Source: Octopus vulgaris
Lineage: Eukaryota
Reading direction: 5' to 3'
NCBI GenBank assembly: GCA_951406725.2
Contig: OX597814.1
Location: forward strand, 22,940,001 to 23,004,000
Length of the DNA stretch: 64,000 bases
Part shown: positions 61,272-64,000 of the stretch, piece after piece
Layout: every line of letters starts with the position of its first letter
Position numbering within the stretch: the stretch's first letter is position 1
Made by a program: the position numbers and the translations under genes
The notes under the pieces: model-generated
Told to the model about the DNA's origin: nothing
The model's database searches: none
The model's input: the letters and a program-made list of their open reading frames with translations, nothing else

Positions 61272-63110
61272 ATATGAGACTCTCGGATATTTCTTAATTA
61301 CCGGTTATTCTTTATTTGAAAGCAGGCAAATACAAATCACCAAAGGTTTCAAGAAGTGCCTTCTCCTGTGACTCAAAGAGACAATACTCTCCTTAGAATG
61401 CGAGCTGTACCCAACAATGCTGTCTTCTGGATCACCTCCAGCCTGCCAGCAGCTCTAATGTTCTTAATATGTTTTTCAAAGTCCTTAGAAACTGCTCCTA
61501 ATGCTCCAATTACCACCGGTATCACTATTACTTTCCTCATACCCATAAATTTCCTACCTCGTCCCGCAGAGGCTGGTATTTCTCGATCTTTTCTGTTTCC
61601 TTACATTTCACCCTCGAATCGCCTGGTATTGCAACATCTATTATCTTTACTTCTTTTTCATCTTTATGGATGAGCACGACATCTGGTCGACTCGCCTCTA
61701 TGACTTGGTCGCACTGCATGTTAAAATCTCAGAGTATTTTGTAATGTTCGTTTTCCATTACTCCCTCTGGCTAGTGTTAATACCATTGTTCAACTCTCTG
61801 GATGTTTGCTTTATTGTACAACAGTCAGTGGACATATTTGGCCACATTGTCGTGTCTCCTTTTGCATTCGCGTTGTACGAGCTTACAGCACTCACTAACA
61901 ATATGGCTTATACTTTCTCCCATTTCAGAGCACATCATACACTGTAGCGAGTCGATATTTGGAGTAGTTTGTTCTGAGAGCTTGTTCTTGAGCACTGCAC
62001 ACTAACGTCTCGTTTGGCATTTTTCAGTCTCTTTTCTGCAGCCATTGCCAGGTTCTGTTCCAATCAATCTCATTTTTATTCTTCAAGAACTGACTGTGCA
62101 TTTTCTTGTCCAGCCAAAGTTTCTTCATTTGCTCTCTCTGGTCTTTCTTAAATTGTGCTGCAGTTAAAAACTCTTCAGTCTCTGCTTTGAGTCCTGAGCT
62201 TCTCAGCTATTGTTGGGATTTTGCTTTGTCTATTTTTTACTGTTTAGTTTAGCCCGTTATTTACCATCTAAAGGGTTTTCTTGCCACATTTTATCACGAT
62301 ACTTTGTTGTTCCAGCTTTTGTTTGGATTTTAGTTGTTTTACATCCGTTGTTGTTTCTTTTTCTTCATAGCTGTCAGATACAATGGTTTCTCTCTTGTAT
62401 TTTTCAGCTTCTTCAAAGACAGAAAATAGCTTTGGTTTTGCTCGTATTTTGTGGCTATTTGTACCAGTTTTCTTTGCTTCTGGATTAGGTATTTCTGTAA
62501 TCCTATGGTAGTTATTTCATAATAGCTTTCTAGCTGTATAAGGCCTCAACCACCTTCAATATGTTATATATATAACCTTTCTATGTCAGACTTTGGGTGG
62601 TGCATCCTAAATACTGTAATTCTTTGTCTTGTTTTCTTGTCTAGTTTGGTTAGTTCATTTAGAGTCTAATTAAGAATATTGTAGCTGTAACTTATAACTG
62701 GATGGCTAGAGTGTTGATACCAGTTATCTTGTTTTTCACATTGAGTTCTGTTTTCAGTATTCATCTTACACGTCTATAGTATTCCTTTATCTTCTTGTTT
62801 ATTTGTACGTGTTGTACTGTATCTAGTTCATTGATTCCTAAGTATTTGTATGTCTGGCTTTGCTCTAATTCTCTTATTTCATTTGCTTTATCATATGTGA
62901 TATTGTTACTCTTAACTAGTTTTTCTCTCTTCAAGGTTGCTTTGGTACATATTTCTAAGCCGAATTTCATGCTTGTTTCTTTGGTAAATCCATGCACTGT
63001 CTGTAGTAATGTTTCCAGCTGTTTGTCCTTTGCAGCATGCAGTTTTATATCATCCATATAAAAGAGATGGTTGATTACTTTACTGTAGCAGTTGTATCCA
63101 CATCCAGTTC
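61272..63110 (-). mobile_element. Dong/R4 LINE fragments (two subfamilies joined)
   Basis: NHLFYMDDIKLHA..YKYLGI..RLYI (62150-63110), then W..KKMHSQF..RHDNVAK..SRPDVV..IIDVAIPGD..QKTALLGTARILRRVL (61272-62150). Confidence 0.85.
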
Positions 63111-63130
63111 TGTATTATTATTATTATTAT

Positions 63131-63568
63131 TTTTCCTTCTTCAAATTTTCTTCCGTTTCTCGCCGAGTGTTTTCTGTACACCTAGGGCAAAGAAGCTCAT
63201 TGTATGCATTCCCAGATTACAAATGCAAATTCACAGGTAAAATATGTATTTAAAAAATTAATAAATAAATAAATTCCCGAATGGATGTTGTTTTCACAGC
63301 GATAATGCTCTTCTCAGCACATGAGCCGTTTCTAGTCAACACGATTTTTTGCACTTCCTGTAGGGATGGTAAACCTGGTATCATTTTCAAATAGGTTTCA
63401 GTACCTTTTTTTCTCATTCCTAGAGATCCCACAATTACTCGTACTGTAGTTACCCTGAGATGCCACATTTTTTCAATTTCCATTAAGTCCTTATATTTAC
63501 TAATCTTGTTAAATTCTTTCGCCGCTATATTGTGATCTGTCAAATTCTTTCGCTGCTATATTGTGATC

Positions 63569-63570
<2 letters not shown>
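63131..63570 (-). mobile_element. Dong/R4 LINE 3' end between (TAA)n arrays
   Basis: KEFNKISKYKDL..EKMWHL..VIVGSLGM..LQEVQKIVL, plus 3' UTR. Confidence 0.85.
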
Positions 63571-63619
<49 letters not shown>

Positions 63620-64000
63620 GTAGCAGCATCAGCAGCAATAGTAGTAGTAGTAGTAGTAGTCGTAGTAGTAGTAGTAGTAGTAGGAGGAGGAGGAGGAGGA
63701 GGAACAATGAAAATCATCTCTGTAATATGAAGTAAAGTCTTTTAAATAAAATTCTGTGAATTGGATTGTTAGCTTAAGTCTATTCTTCCTACTACTCTCT
63801 TAATATATGTACATTATAATGCTGGGCAAAAAAATCTTATTACATATACCTTTAACCATATTACTTAAGTAAATGATAGCCTTTGCTAAATAATTTCATT
63901 AAATTAATTGTCCAGAATAAAAAAAATATATATGTATATATTAAAAGGATAAGTAAAATACATTTGAAAGGTATTTCAAAAATTGAAATATCATATATTG

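Overview
Repeat-dominated, AT-rich animal DNA with no recognisable host gene. The mix of repeat families suggests a cephalopod such as Octopus (inference, not tested). The window is a nested stack of mobile elements: Helitrons (Pif1 helicase and Rep remnants, non-autonomous head-to-tail units), three families of Penelope-like retroelements (PLEs; YRDD-type RT plus C-terminal GIY-YIG, one copy nearly intact), Dong/R4 LINEs piled into (TAA)n, RTE and Tx1/L1 fragments, mariner, Tigger/pogo, a Chapaev3-like transposon, a solo LTR, three or four SINE families and long microsatellites. Most ORFs in the track are microsatellite artefacts. The main non-obvious signal is about 10 type I hammerhead-ribozyme motifs, at PLE ends and in small TA-flanked retrozyme-like elements. 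Two carry compensatory changes of the catalytic C3:G8 pair: A3:U8 at 16635-16669 and G3:C8 at 40983-41033. A standard CUGANGA search would miss both. All folds and alignments were done by eye, and element boundaries are approximate unless a TSD or terminus is quoted.
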